Shown piece by piece: positions 1 through 9,652 of a stretch of 64,000 nucleotides of DNA. Within the stretch, counting starts at the first letter, position 1; each line of letters begins with the position of its first letter. The notes below the pieces were generated by a model. It made no database searches. It was not told the origin of the DNA and saw only the letters and a list, made by a program, of their open reading frames with translations. The stretch is taken from positions 1,006,009 through 1,070,008 of the forward strand of contig CAWBWI010000006.1 in NCBI GenBank assembly GCA_963792585.1, read 5' to 3'. This DNA is from Candidatus Eiseniibacteriota bacterium (GTDB taxonomy: Bacteria; Eisenbacteria; RBG-16-71-46; CAIMUX01; VGJL01). Position numbers and translations under genes: made by a program.

Positions 1-804
1 CCCCAAGAGCAGCTGCACGCCGCCGCCGGGCGGGGGAACGCTCACGATCCGGTACCCTTGGTGATCGATCGACAGCCCCTCCCTCGTGACGGGGAGGCGG
101 CAGCCGGACAGATCTTCCCTGGTGATCAGCCCATCCTGCTCGCGCATGTCGGCGACGATGTCGTCCGCGATCGCTCCACGGTAAAAATCATCGACCCCGA
201 ATTCGGAGATTCGTTCCAGCGCGCGCCCCAACTCCGGCTGGCGCAGAATCGAGCCGGTCTTGAGCGGCTTTCCATCGGGCATGAAGCGACGACGTGCGAG
301 CGGGGACGCCTCGAGCGCCGTTCCGCACCACTGGATTTGCTTCCGAAGCAACCGCGTCACCGCGAAGCCCTCGTTGGCAAGAGCGGTGGCCGGTCCCAGT
401 ACCGCCGATAGCGGGAGTCTTCCGAATCGCTCCGATGCCGCGCCCAGGGTTGCGGGAGTGGACGGAATCGTGCACGCGCGCGCTCCGCGCCTCTGCTCGC
501 TCCGGCTGATGCTCTTTCGGCCGGCCCCGGCCGGGCCGTGAGAATGACCGTCCAAGATCACGTTCTTCCCGTCCGGAAGGTGGATGAGCATGGTCGTCTG
601 CCCGCCGAGACCGGAGCCGCTCGGTTCGCATACCGAGAGGGCCCAGGCGGCTGCGACCGCTGCGTCCACCGCGTTCCCGCCGGACCGAAGGATCTCCATC
701 GCCGCCTCGCTGGCGGCGGGGAACGCGGTGGCAACGACGCAACTGGGACCACGCGCGACGCGATCGGTCGGCCGTGCCTTGATCCCACTCCCGATTTCGG
801 TCAC
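1..804 (-). CDS. ggt: Gamma-glutamyltransferase (3' part runs off the window)
   Basis: Manual translation from GTG at 804 gives ...ASEAAMEILRSGGNAVDAAVAAAWALSVCEPSGSGLGGQ...FYRGAIADDIVADMREQDGLITREDL...PPPGGG, which are typical GGT motifs. Not in the ORF track because it is truncated. Confidence 0.9.
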   Translation of the reverse strand, partial: MTEIGSGIKARPTDRVARGPSCVVATAFPAASEAAMEILRSGGNAVDAAVAAAWALSVCEPSGSGLGGQTTMLIHLPDGKNVILDGHSHGPAGAGRKSISRSEQRRGARACTIPSTPATLGAASERFGRLPLSAVLGPATALANEGFAVTRLLRKQIQWCGTALEASPLARRRFMPDGKPLKTGSILRQPELGRALERISEFGVDDFYRGAIADDIVADMREQDGLITREDLSGCRLPVTREGLSIDHQGYRIVSVPPPGGGVQLLLG

Positions 805-884
805 GGCTACCCCCGGATGCGCAGGGTCGTTCATCGGACCCGGCGCCAGTTCCGTCGATGGACCGCCCGGCGGATGTCCCCGCA

Positions 885-2180
885 TCACAGGGAGCGCCCG
901 TACGCGGCGGTGGCTTCCTCGGACCGCGAATTCGTTTCCATCTCCGCGGATTCGGATCGCCCCGAAAATGCCGCCGGCTTCAGTTGATCGAGCCAGATCG
1001 CCCGGTCGTCGCGGTGGAAGATCATCACACGGCCGACATTCTCCTCGTCCTTGGCCCGGTGATAGCGGGTGTATATGAAGTCGGCGTCGACGCCGATCAC
1101 CTCGACCTTGCCGGTCGCGTGAGACATGCAGAATCGCGCGCGGCGCGACAGACCCGAAGACAGTTCCTGAGCCTGACTGAAGATCCTCCAGCTCTCCACG
1201 ATCGGGATGTCGAAGGGCTCGTTTCCCGCAGTGGGTCTGCACTGAAAGACGTAGTATTGGGGCGCGCCCAGATTCGTCATCGTGTTGAAGAGCGCCGCCA
1301 GGGTTTCCGGTTTGTCGTTGATCCCCCGGATCATGGGGCACTGGTTCACGACGCGCGCGCCACTGCGCATCGCGCAGGTGACCGCCTCGCGCGCCTCGGC
1401 GGTGAGTTCCCGGGGATGATCGAAGTGCGCCATGATGTAGAGCGCTCTCTCGGGTGTGGCGATCTCCCGTATGAGGCGCTGCAATTCAGGGTCGTCGAGC
1501 AGGCGGAATGGATTGAACGCGAGCATCTTGCTGCCCGTGCGGATCGTGCGGACGTGCGGGATGGCCGCCAGGCGCTCGAGGATGGGCCGCAGTTTGCCGG
1601 TGCTCATGATCAAGGGGTCCCCGCCGGTCAGGAGCACGTCCGTGATTTCCGAGTGCGAAGCGATGTAGGCGAACGCGGGCTCGAGTTCGTGTACGGCTTC
1701 GTCGTGGTCGTTCATGAAGAGCCGCTTCCGAAAGCAGTAACGGCAGTAAGCGCCGCAGACGTTGTTGACCAGCACCAGCGCCGTGTCCCGGTACTTGTGC
1801 TGGACGCCCTGCGCCACCGTCACGGCAGCCTCGTTGCTGGCGTCGAGCTTTCCCCACTCGGTCATCTCCCCGCTCGTGGGGATGACGAGCCTTCGGATCG
1901 GGTCTTCGGGATCGTTCCAGTCGATCAGGTTGAGGTAGTAGTCATTCGCCCGGAAGACGTACCGCTTCGACACTTCCTCGAGCGCTTTCTTGGCTTCCTC
2001 GGACAGGCCCTCGACCTGTTGCAGGGAGCGGATGTACTTGACCTTCCTCGACTGCGAACCGGTGGAGGGAACCTCCACGCTGGCCGGCGTGCGCGACGGG
2101 CTCTGTCCAACGTATCCCGAATCTATCCCGGTGGTCTGGATGTCATAGCTGCTGGCCTGGGGTTCGTAATCGTTGTTCAC
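885..2180 (-). CDS. KamA-family radical SAM protein (lysine/glutamate 2,3-aminomutase-like)
   Basis: CGAYCRYCFRKR (CxxxCxxC), HKYRD, VLLTGGDPL, HFDHPRELT, RGINDKPETL, and the ATGK PLP-lysine region. Confidence 0.9.
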   Translation of the reverse strand: MNNDYEPQASSYDIQTTGIDSGYVGQSPSRTPASVEVPSTGSQSRKVKYIRSLQQVEGLSEEAKKALEEVSKRYVFRANDYYLNLIDWNDPEDPIRRLVIPTSGEMTEWGKLDASNEAAVTVAQGVQHKYRDTALVLVNNVCGAYCRYCFRKRLFMNDHDEAVHELEPAFAYIASHSEITDVLLTGGDPLIMSTGKLRPILERLAAIPHVRTIRTGSKMLAFNPFRLLDDPELQRLIREIATPERALYIMAHFDHPRELTAEAREAVTCAMRSGARVVNQCPMIRGINDKPETLAALFNTMTNLGAPQYYVFQCRPTAGNEPFDIPIVESWRIFSQAQELSSGLSRRARFCMSHATGKVEVIGVDADFIYTRYHRAKDEENVGRVMIFHRDDRAIWLDQLKPAAFSGRSESAEMETNSRSEEATAAYGRSL

Positions 2181-2250
2181 GGCGTTGCTCCTCGTGCAAG
2201 GGACCGAATCTCAACTTCGACGGACCGGATTGAGACCGCGACCGGGTCTT

Positions 2251-2285
2251 CTCCTTGCAGTGCGACTCCACGCCGATTCGATACA
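2251..2285 (-). promoter_or_regulatory. Putative ECF-sigma promoter, copy upstream of kamA-ggt
   Basis: Minus strand TGTATC-N18-ACTGCAAGGAG, matching the copies at 4071-4106 and 4752-4787. Confidence 0.65.
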
Positions 2286-2485
2286 TCGATTTCGGGGAAT
2301 TGAAGGAATGTCCTTCCGATGTGCAGAGTGGATCACGGGCGGATCAAGCCGTCGCGCACACACGCACGCATCCAGAGACGATGCGACCGCGCTAGAGAGC
2401 CGCGATGGTGGATGCAGCTACGGCTTGGTAACTGCGGATCGGGGGCGCGGATCCATCCGGCGGGGTGGACGAGGCTCGTCGCGAT

Positions 2486-3985
2486 CTATCGTGGAAGGAT
2501 GCTCACGCGGGAACCCAGCGCTTCTCCTTCCGTCCCGATGCGAACGAAGTAGGTTCCCGGGGAAACGAGACGGGCCGCCTGATCTCTGCCGTCCCACACG
2601 GGCCGGTTCGACCGGCCGAGAACGCGCACGAGCCTTCCCGCGGAATCGAAGATCCGCACATCGAGCTCTCCGAGACTCTCGGGGGCAACGATGCGTACAT
2701 CGCCGGCGCTTGGATTCGGAACGGCGCGGAGATGCTCTCGAGCAAGGACCCCATCGCCCACCGCCGCAATCCCTTCGAGAGCCGCGGGGAGATAGATCCG
2801 TCCGCTGCCGAGCTTGCCCTGGTATGGATCATTGCCCGGAATCTGGTCGATCGGATCGACGGCGGACTCGATCCGCAGTCGGACGACCTCGGGAATCTCC
2901 AGTGGAAGGAGACTTCGTATCAGGGCGGCCTCGCCGGCAACAAAGGGCGTGGCGAAGGAGCATCCGGCCCCCATGGCCCATAGCCCGCCCGGATAGGAAC
3001 TCCGAACGCCGGTACCGGGGGCGGCTACCAGGACCTTGGAATGCCAGTCGGCAAAGGCGGCTTTCGTGTCCAGCGAGTCGACGGCGGTCACCATTTCCGC
3101 CTCTTCCGTCCCGGCGGGATAGTAGAGTTGCTCCAGATTGTCGTTGCCGGCCCCGGCGACGACGATGATGCCGTGTTCCCGGGCCAGCTCGAGCTGATGG
3201 CGAATGATCGCGACCCCGCGGGGAACTCCGAAGCTCATATTGAGCACATGGGCCCCTTGATTCACCGCGTAGCTGATTCCCTTTGCGATCTGGTATGCGT
3301 CGCCGTTGCCCTCGTCGCTGAGGACGCGAATGGGAAGGAGCGTGGCCTCCGGGGCGACCAGAGCCACGATGCCGGCGACCATGGTCCCGTGACCGTAACC
3401 CTCGTCCGCGACGCCGTCCTGATCTTCATCCAGTCCGTTGGCGATCTCCCAGGGACTGCTGTCATCGTCGACGAAGTCGTATCCGAACGGGGAGAGCTTC
3501 GCTTGGATCGCTTCATGGCCGGGATCCACGCCCGTGTCCAGAACGGCAACGGTGACGCCGGCGCCTCGGCTCATCAGGTGCGCGGCATCGAGACCGATTC
3601 GAGGGCCGATGCTCTGATCTTCGTAGTCGACGTAGCCTCCGCCGACGATGACGATCACCATCTGACGGATGGTCTCCGGCGTGTCGTGGAAGTAGTTGGC
3701 CTCGGCCTCCAGGATTGCCGGATCGGTTTCCATCTGCGATGCCAACCCTTCGACGTCACCCAAATCGGTCGCATCGAGAAGGTACAGGTTCCCTTCCGGG
3801 TAGGCGTCCAGTGTGGTGGTCCCCCAAACGGAGTTGACCTCCTCGATGACATGCCCAGGCTGCAGGTTCACAACCACCTGAGCGGCCTCGTAGTCATCGG
3901 CGATCGCCAGGGCGGGCAGGAGCAGCCCGATCGCGCAGAGGACCCGGCCCATCAGCGGTTGCAGAAGCTTCACGTTGCTCCTCAT
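2486..3985 (-). CDS. Secreted S8 subtilase #1 with C-terminal FlgD-Ig/T9SS-like sorting domain
   Basis: Signal peptide after ATG 3985. Catalytic triad VLDTG / HGTMVAG / GCSFATP. C-terminus PNP...DSAGRLVR...WDGRD...GTYFVR. Confidence 0.9.
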   Translation of the reverse strand: MRSNVKLLQPLMGRVLCAIGLLLPALAIADDYEAAQVVVNLQPGHVIEEVNSVWGTTTLDAYPEGNLYLLDATDLGDVEGLASQMETDPAILEAEANYFHDTPETIRQMVIVIVGGGYVDYEDQSIGPRIGLDAAHLMSRGAGVTVAVLDTGVDPGHEAIQAKLSPFGYDFVDDDSSPWEIANGLDEDQDGVADEGYGHGTMVAGIVALVAPEATLLPIRVLSDEGNGDAYQIAKGISYAVNQGAHVLNMSFGVPRGVAIIRHQLELAREHGIIVVAGAGNDNLEQLYYPAGTEEAEMVTAVDSLDTKAAFADWHSKVLVAAPGTGVRSSYPGGLWAMGAGCSFATPFVAGEAALIRSLLPLEIPEVVRLRIESAVDPIDQIPGNDPYQGKLGSGRIYLPAALEGIAAVGDGVLAREHLRAVPNPSAGDVRIVAPESLGELDVRIFDSAGRLVRVLGRSNRPVWDGRDQAARLVSPGTYFVRIGTEGEALGSRVSILPR

Positions 3986-4070
3986 CTCTCTCGGCCCCTG
4001 CCCGGGCGCAGGAACGGCGGGTAACACCCTCGTCGGCCCGGCCCTCGACCATCGGGGGCGACCTGAACGA

Positions 4071-4106
4071 CTCCTTGCAGTCGTCCATATTTCGGCGATT
4101 GATACA
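4071..4106 (-). promoter_or_regulatory. Putative ECF-sigma promoter, copy upstream of S8 #1
   Basis: Minus strand TGTATC-N19-ACTGCAAGGAG. Confidence 0.65.
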
Positions 4107-4206
4107 AAAGGATACCATTCCCCCGTTCCCAGCTTCCATCCCCCGTACCCCAGGGGTGCGCCCGGGGTTTGCGGGCCCGGCGGTCTATCGTGGTAGGATG
4201 CTGACC

Positions 4207-4770
4207 ATGCGTGAGTTGCACGGTTGGGTGGCGGATCTCCAGGCTGGTGACGACGGGGCCTGGAGGGAGTTCATTCGGGTCTTCTCTCGATTCGTCCCCC
4301 TCGTTGCCGGCCGGCTCGGCCTCACGGCGGAAGAAAAGGAGGAAGTCCTCCAGGAGATGACCCTGACCGCCTACCGATCGATCCGGAATCTCCGCGATCC
4401 GGAACGGCTGAGTTCCTGGACGTACACCATCGCCCGCCGGGCGGCCATCACCATGTGGCGCTCCAAGAAACGGCATCCGGGCTCCGAGCATGACGAGGAG
4501 GCGGAATTCGACAGGCTTCCCTCCGGGGAGCCCGCGGTCGATACGATCTTGATCGATCACGAGGAAGGTCAGAAGCTGCGCGAGGCGGTCGCCACGCTTC
4601 GCCCTCTATGCCGTGGGCTCATCGATGACCTCTTCCTGAAGGAACCGCGGCGAAGCTACCAGGAGGTCTCGCAGGAACGGAGCATGCCGATCGGGAGCAT
4701 CGGTCCGACCCTGGCCCGTTGCCTTCAGACCCTTCGCCAGGCATGGAAATCGGTATCAAATACAGGATGA
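4207..4770 (+). CDS. ECF-type RNA polymerase sigma factor #1
   Basis: Region 2 (AWREFIRVF...EEVLQEMTLTAYRSIRNLRDPERLSSWTYTIARR) and region 4 (SYQEVSQERSMPIGSIGPTLARCL). Start is 4198 or 4207. Confidence 0.9.
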   Translation: MRELHGWVADLQAGDDGAWREFIRVFSRFVPLVAGRLGLTAEEKEEVLQEMTLTAYRSIRNLRDPERLSSWTYTIARRAAITMWRSKKRHPGSEHDEEAEFDRLPSGEPAVDTILIDHEEGQKLREAVATLRPLCRGLIDDLFLKEPRRSYQEVSQERSMPIGSIGPTLARCLQTLRQAWKSVSNTG

Positions 4771-4787
4771 GGGTCCTCTGCAATGAG
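4752..4787 (+). promoter_or_regulatory. Putative ECF-sigma promoter overlapping the sigma #1 stop, upstream of anti-sigma-like gene #1
   Basis: GGTATC-N19-TCTGCAATGAG. Confidence 0.6.
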
Positions 4788-4835
4788 TGACCAGTCGTTT
4801 GGGAACCATGTCGAGCCGTTACTAGAGGAGCAACC

Positions 4836-5432
4836 GTGTCGGAGATAACCCGTCCGCAAGATGATCCGCTCCTGCAGGCACCCGAGCTGCGTGAGATGAT
4901 CTGGGCGTTGGAACTTACCTCGGCTCCCGAGTTGAGCCCGCAGAAGGTCGCCACCCTCTGGCGGGAAGTCCGATCGAGGGCATCCGCCGGCGCGGCGCCG
5001 GGCGTTGCAGGAATCCTGAATCAGATGCGCGATGGCTTGGCGCACGCCTTGCGCGAGATTGCCGCGACCCTCGTCCAGGAGTCGCTCGTCCCGTCACCGG
5101 CCGTCCGCAGCACCGAGACGGCCCTGCCGAGGCTCCTGGTTTACGAGACCGATGAGTATGCGATCTCTCTCACGTTTCAGGCGCCCCCCGAGGCGACGCT
5201 TCTGAAGCTCATCGGTCAAGTGGTTCCAAAGCTCGCGCCCGACCTCCCCCCGGGAGGCGAGATCGCCGTGTGGAGCGAGTCCGAGACGAAGTTCGGCCGG
5301 CTTGACACGAACGGCGAATTCTCCGTGGAAGGCGTCCAGAGCGGCGATCTCCACATCGACATCCTGCTCGGGACCGACTCGATTCAGCTTTCTCCGATCC
5401 ACACCGGGGCCTTCCGGGCCAGGGAGGACTAG
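4836..5432 (+). CDS. Soluble putative anti-sigma / CHAT partner #1 (N-terminal helical part plus C-terminal Ig/carboxypeptidase-regulatory-like beta domain)
   Basis: SD GAGGAG before GTG. Lies between the sigma and CHAT genes. Homologous to 23401-24057 (RLLVYE/RQLMFE, IGQVVP/IGQLVP, GRLDTNGEF/GRLSETGEF). No transmembrane segment. Confidence 0.7.
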   Translation: MSEITRPQDDPLLQAPELREMIWALELTSAPELSPQKVATLWREVRSRASAGAAPGVAGILNQMRDGLAHALREIAATLVQESLVPSPAVRSTETALPRLLVYETDEYAISLTFQAPPEATLLKLIGQVVPKLAPDLPPGGEIAVWSESETKFGRLDTNGEFSVEGVQSGDLHIDILLGTDSIQLSPIHTGAFRARED

Positions 5433-5435
5433 AAA

Positions 5436-8246
5436 ATCCCGGACGATCCTGACGAATCGGGCGCCCCGTCTTCCGACGCTCCCCAACTTCTGCGATCGCT
5501 CGAGGATCCGCACTGGGTCCCGAGCTTCCGTGAGGCAACGATCCTGCGAGATCATGTCGCCTCTCTCCTCCAGGCCGACCCGCGACTCGCCGGTCGGATC
5601 GCCATGGATCTCCTGCGCTCCGTTCAGGGCAAGACCTCGGCATCCATCGGCGCGCAAGCCGTCGGATGGAGGGCGCGGGCCGAGTCCCTGCTGTATGCCG
5701 GCGAGTACAAAGCCGCCCGATCCGCTTACGAGAAGGCATGCTCTTGCGCCGGCGCCGCCTCGGAGCATCGTCTTCTCGGCCAAATCCTCGTAGGCAGGAT
5801 CGGCACCCTCCTCGTGATGGGCGATTTCCGCTCGATCCACGCGATGACCCGCCAAGCGGAGGCCTTGCTGCGAAGGAACGACGATCAGGAGTATCTCCGG
5901 CGTCTCCACATCAATCTGGGGAGCGGTCTCTACCATCGCGAGAAGTACGCCGAAGCCTACGCCTCCTTCGCCGAGGCCCTTCGACTGATGGAGGAGGCGG
6001 GCCAGCACGACGATCTGTGGGCGTCCCTGACGCTCAACTTCGGGATCGCGTGCAGCCAGCTCGCGCGCGTGCAGGAGGCGCGCGAGGCGTTCGCGAAGGC
6101 GGAGGCGTACGGCCGCGCCCACGCGCAGGACCGCATGGTGGCCCAGGCGGTGTTCAATCTGGGGGCCCTCGAGGGGCTCCGCGGCGGTTACCGCGCGGCC
6201 CTTCGGTCGCTCACCGAAGCCGAGGAAGCGTTCGTCCGTCAGGGAGTGCAGGAGCTCCTCGCGGCCACCCACCTCGAGCAGGCCCAGATCTATCTCGATC
6301 TATCCATGGCCACCGAGGGCAAGGAGCTTGCCCAGAGGGCGGCCTCCGCATTCACCTCGGAAGGGATGCTCCTCGACGCGCAGCTGGCGCGGATCGCGGA
6401 GGCGCGAAGCCTCGTGATGTTGGGACGGCCCAAGGAGGCGGAGGGGCTTCTGCGCGATGCCGAGCGCTTCTACCGGGCGCAGCACATCGCGGCAAGAAGA
6501 GCGCAGGCCCTGCTGGACATCGCGCTGGCGATGTCGGCCCGCGACGAGACGGCAGCCGCGATGCAAACGGCCCGCAGCGCGCTCAGCGTGGCCGAGCGAT
6601 TGCACCTGGGAAGCCTGACCTGCGCTTGCCGTTGTCTCATCGCAGAGCTGCTCCTCCGAACTGGTGCCGGGCCCAAGGCTGAACGCGCCCTGGCGGGCAT
6701 CGTCCCGGGGCTTTCGAAATTGCCGATGCGCGATCGCCTCGAATACTGGAGCACGGCCGCGCGGGTCGCGGCGTTCCGAGGAATGACCGCGCTGGCCGGA
6801 CGCCGCTACCGCAGGGCAACGCAGTGTTTGGAAGCTCAGAGGGCACTGATTCCGGGTCTCGAACTCCGCACGAAGTCGTTCGAACAGAACGTCCGCGTCT
6901 ACCACGAGAAGATCGCGCTCCTGGCGGGGTCTCGACGCCCCCAACTCGATCGCATCCTGCTCCTGATGGAGCGGGCGCGGGGTAGAACGTTCCGGGAGCT
7001 CGTGGCCGCGCGGGGCCGGCAGTCGCAGGGGGAGATTGCGGAGCTCCGAGCCGTGCTCGGCTCCCTGGTGCGGCGCCTCGACCACCTCGTGATGGGAGAG
7101 CGTCCGGCGGCGCCCCAGGAGGTAGAGCCCCTCCGACGGCAGGTCGTGCAGCTCGAACACCAGATCACCTCGCGCGTGCGCCGGATCGAGACGACGGAGG
7201 GGTCCGTCACCGGAAGCGGTTCGTTCCGAAGGTCATCCCAGATCGTCCCCCTTCTCGCCGCCGACGAGGTGATGATCGAGTACTTCGTAGCGAAGGATCG
7301 AATTCTGGCGGCGGTGGTGGGAAAGCAGGAGCGTTTCCTGCGGACGCTCGAGGCACCACTGCCCAGGCTACGGGATCTCCTCGACCATTTCGGCCTCCAA
7401 CTGGAATCGCTCGCCGCCACCGCGAGCCGACCCTTGGGGGGCCAGGCGTTCCTGCGACGGAGCGCGGAAGCGAAACTGGAGGAGTTCTACTCGTTGCTCC
7501 TCCGACCCATCCTCGGGGATCTTCCCCCCTGCGGACGGCTCACGATCATTCCGCACGACATCCTGCACCAGATCCCGTTCGAGTGTCTTCACGACGGAAC
7601 TCAGTACCTCGATCGTTCTTGGCAGATCACGCGGTGCCCGACGGCAGATTTCCTGATCGAGCGCAGAAGTCGGTCACGGGGGGCCCCCGTAGGGAATACG
7701 GTGGTCATCGCCGGAACTCGCCCCGGATCCCCATTCATCGAGGTGGAAGCACGGCGGGTGCTGGATTCCTGGGAGCCGTCCGGCAGCCGGTTGTTGGTCG
7801 ATCCATCCTCTGCCGATGCTCTGGCCGCCATGAAGGGGGCCCGGGTCATTCACGTGAGCGCCCACGGCAACTTCCGCGGCGACAACCCCCTATTCTCGAC
7901 GCTGCACCTCGGTCGTGAGGTGCTCTTTCTGGCCGATATCCTGGAGACGCCCCTCACCGCCGACCTGGCCGTTCTGAGTTCCTGCGACAGCGGACAAACA
8001 TTCAGTGGCCGAGGGGACGCCCTACTGGGCGTCGCACATGCATTCCTCGCCGCCGGCACGGACCGCCTGGTGGCCTCCCTCTGGCGCGTCCACGATCAAG
8101 CCACGGCTTCCTGGATGGAGGCCTTTCACCGCGCCTTGCGGGAGAGCGGGGACGCCCCGGCGGCCCGCCTTCACGCTTGCCAGGTGGTTCGGGAAGAGTG
8201 GCCGCATCCCTTCTACTGGGGCGGATTCAGCGTTCTCGGAGGCTAG
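5436..8246 (+). CDS. TPR-CHAT (caspase HetF-associated) protease #1; start probably upstream of ATG 5604
   Basis: Long TPR region, LTIIPHDILHQIPFECL, catalytic His (IHVSAHG) and Cys (LSSCDSG), VASLWRVHD, HPFYWGGF. The frame is open back to 5433 and homology with the paralog extends upstream of Met 5604. Confidence 0.9.
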   Translation: MPDDPDESGAPSSDAPQLLRSLEDPHWVPSFREATILRDHVASLLQADPRLAGRIAMDLLRSVQGKTSASIGAQAVGWRARAESLLYAGEYKAARSAYEKACSCAGAASEHRLLGQILVGRIGTLLVMGDFRSIHAMTRQAEALLRRNDDQEYLRRLHINLGSGLYHREKYAEAYASFAEALRLMEEAGQHDDLWASLTLNFGIACSQLARVQEAREAFAKAEAYGRAHAQDRMVAQAVFNLGALEGLRGGYRAALRSLTEAEEAFVRQGVQELLAATHLEQAQIYLDLSMATEGKELAQRAASAFTSEGMLLDAQLARIAEARSLVMLGRPKEAEGLLRDAERFYRAQHIAARRAQALLDIALAMSARDETAAAMQTARSALSVAERLHLGSLTCACRCLIAELLLRTGAGPKAERALAGIVPGLSKLPMRDRLEYWSTAARVAAFRGMTALAGRRYRRATQCLEAQRALIPGLELRTKSFEQNVRVYHEKIALLAGSRRPQLDRILLLMERARGRTFRELVAARGRQSQGEIAELRAVLGSLVRRLDHLVMGERPAAPQEVEPLRRQVVQLEHQITSRVRRIETTEGSVTGSGSFRRSSQIVPLLAADEVMIEYFVAKDRILAAVVGKQERFLRTLEAPLPRLRDLLDHFGLQLESLAATASRPLGGQAFLRRSAEAKLEEFYSLLLRPILGDLPPCGRLTIIPHDILHQIPFECLHDGTQYLDRSWQITRCPTADFLIERRSRSRGAPVGNTVVIAGTRPGSPFIEVEARRVLDSWEPSGSRLLVDPSSADALAAMKGARVIHVSAHGNFRGDNPLFSTLHLGREVLFLADILETPLTADLAVLSSCDSGQTFSGRGDALLGVAHAFLAAGTDRLVASLWRVHDQATASWMEAFHRALRESGDAPAARLHACQVVREEWPHPFYWGGFSVLGG

Positions 8247-8279
8247 GGCGCCTCGCCTCCTCTTCGGGTTCCTCCTCCC

Positions 8280-9365
8280 TCACTTCCCCCCGTACTTCAT
8301 CCGCATGATGTCCTGTGTCGACCGACTGATGCGCTTCCACCGGGCCTGCTCTTCGAGTCGCAGGCGAATGTCCTGCTTCCTCTCGAGGAAGCGCAGCTCG
8401 CGCCGGAGCTTCACGTAGCTCGCGTAGCGCGCCTCCTGCAGGGTGCCGTCCTCGAGCGCCCGGCGCACCGCGCAATCGGGCTCGCTCTGGTGTTGGCAGT
8501 CGGCGAAGCGACACTCCGCAGCGATCTCCTCGATGTCGTGGAACGCCGCGTCCAGACTCTCCTCGTCGGCCCAGAGCTGGACCTCGCGCATCCCCGGCGT
8601 ATCGATGACAATTCCCCCACCCGGCAGCAGGAGAAGCTGCCGCCAGGTCGTGGTGTGCCGGCCGCGGCCGTCGGAGTCTCGAATCTGCGTGGTCTTCAGC
8701 CGCTCTTCGCCAAGGAGACGGTTGATGATCGTGGACTTTCCGACTCCCGACGAACCGATGAGGGCGACCGTGTCTCCCTCACCGACGTACGAGCCGAGCG
8801 CATCGAGGCCGTTGCCGTCGAGCGCGCTCACCGCAAGCACGGTTGCGCCGCCGGCGACGACCTCGATCTCGCGCACCAGAGACGCGGCGTGGGCATTCAG
8901 ATCCGCCTTGTTGAGCACGACCACCGGCCGCACGCCGCTCTCGCGCGCGATGGTGAGGTAGCGCTCGAGCCGCCGCGGATTAAAATCCTTGTCCACGTCG
9001 GTGACGATGAAGAGCGTGTCGAGATTCGCCGCGATGACCTGTGCTTCGGTCAACATCCCGGCCGCCTTTCGCAAGAGCAGCGTCCGGCGTGGCAGCACCG
9101 CGTGGATGATGGCCGTCGAATCGCCGTTCAACTGCAGCGCCACCCAATCCCCGACGGCCGGAAAGTCGAGACGCGATGCGGCCGTGTACCGCAACCGGCC
9201 GGTCACCTCGGCGTCGCGCACTCCCTCGACACAGAAAACCGCGTAACGATCCCGATGTTCTTCCGCGACCCGCGCCGGGATGAACCCGGCGTCATGATGT
9301 GGCTGGAAACTCTGTTCGAAAGATGCCTGCCATCCCAGTTGATGGAGGTCGAATTCGATACCCAT
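8280..9365 (-). CDS. rsgA: Ribosome small subunit-dependent GTPase A
   Basis: Circularly permuted GTPase motifs NKAD, GSSGVGKST, GRHTTT, DTPG, plus the zinc finger CRFADCQHQSEPDC. Confidence 0.95.
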   Translation of the reverse strand: MGIEFDLHQLGWQASFEQSFQPHHDAGFIPARVAEEHRDRYAVFCVEGVRDAEVTGRLRYTAASRLDFPAVGDWVALQLNGDSTAIIHAVLPRRTLLLRKAAGMLTEAQVIAANLDTLFIVTDVDKDFNPRRLERYLTIARESGVRPVVVLNKADLNAHAASLVREIEVVAGGATVLAVSALDGNGLDALGSYVGEGDTVALIGSSGVGKSTIINRLLGEERLKTTQIRDSDGRGRHTTTWRQLLLLPGGGIVIDTPGMREVQLWADEESLDAAFHDIEEIAAECRFADCQHQSEPDCAVRRALEDGTLQEARYASYVKLRRELRFLERKQDIRLRLEEQARWKRISRSTQDIMRMKYGGK

Positions 9366-9483
9366 GACGATTGCACCTCTGATTCTCGGTGAGCCAATGA
9401 TTGCCGAACCCGCTACGCGCGGGAACGGAATATCCGGGTGGAATCGAGGTGTGTTCGGAGAGCGGACTCAGCGGGCCGAGAAA

Positions 9484-9543
9484 CTAGGCGCCGAAAGCGC
9501 CCCCGAGGCACACCGCGACGAGATCAAGAACATGGGCAGTCAT
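9484..9543 (-). CDS. Putative 19-aa leader peptide (MTAHVLDLVAVCLGGAFGA) upstream of rsgA
   Basis: Strong SD AAAGGAGG 9 nt before the ATG, located between a sigma70-like promoter and rsgA. Confidence 0.5.
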   Translation of the reverse strand: MTAHVLDLVAVCLGGAFGA

Positions 9544-9595
9544 TTGGCTGTGCCTCCTTTCGAGTCTTGCGGCAACGGACCTGTTGACTTGAAAA

Positions 9596-9623
9596 ATAGT
9601 AGCGCGTTTGTCGGCGATGTCAA
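9596..9623 (-). promoter_or_regulatory. Sigma70-like promoter for the leader-rsgA transcript
   Basis: TTGACA-N16-TACTAT on the minus strand, in an AT-rich patch. Confidence 0.55.
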
Positions 9624-9652
9624 GCAGTCCGGCCTCCGGCGGTCCCCGATCG

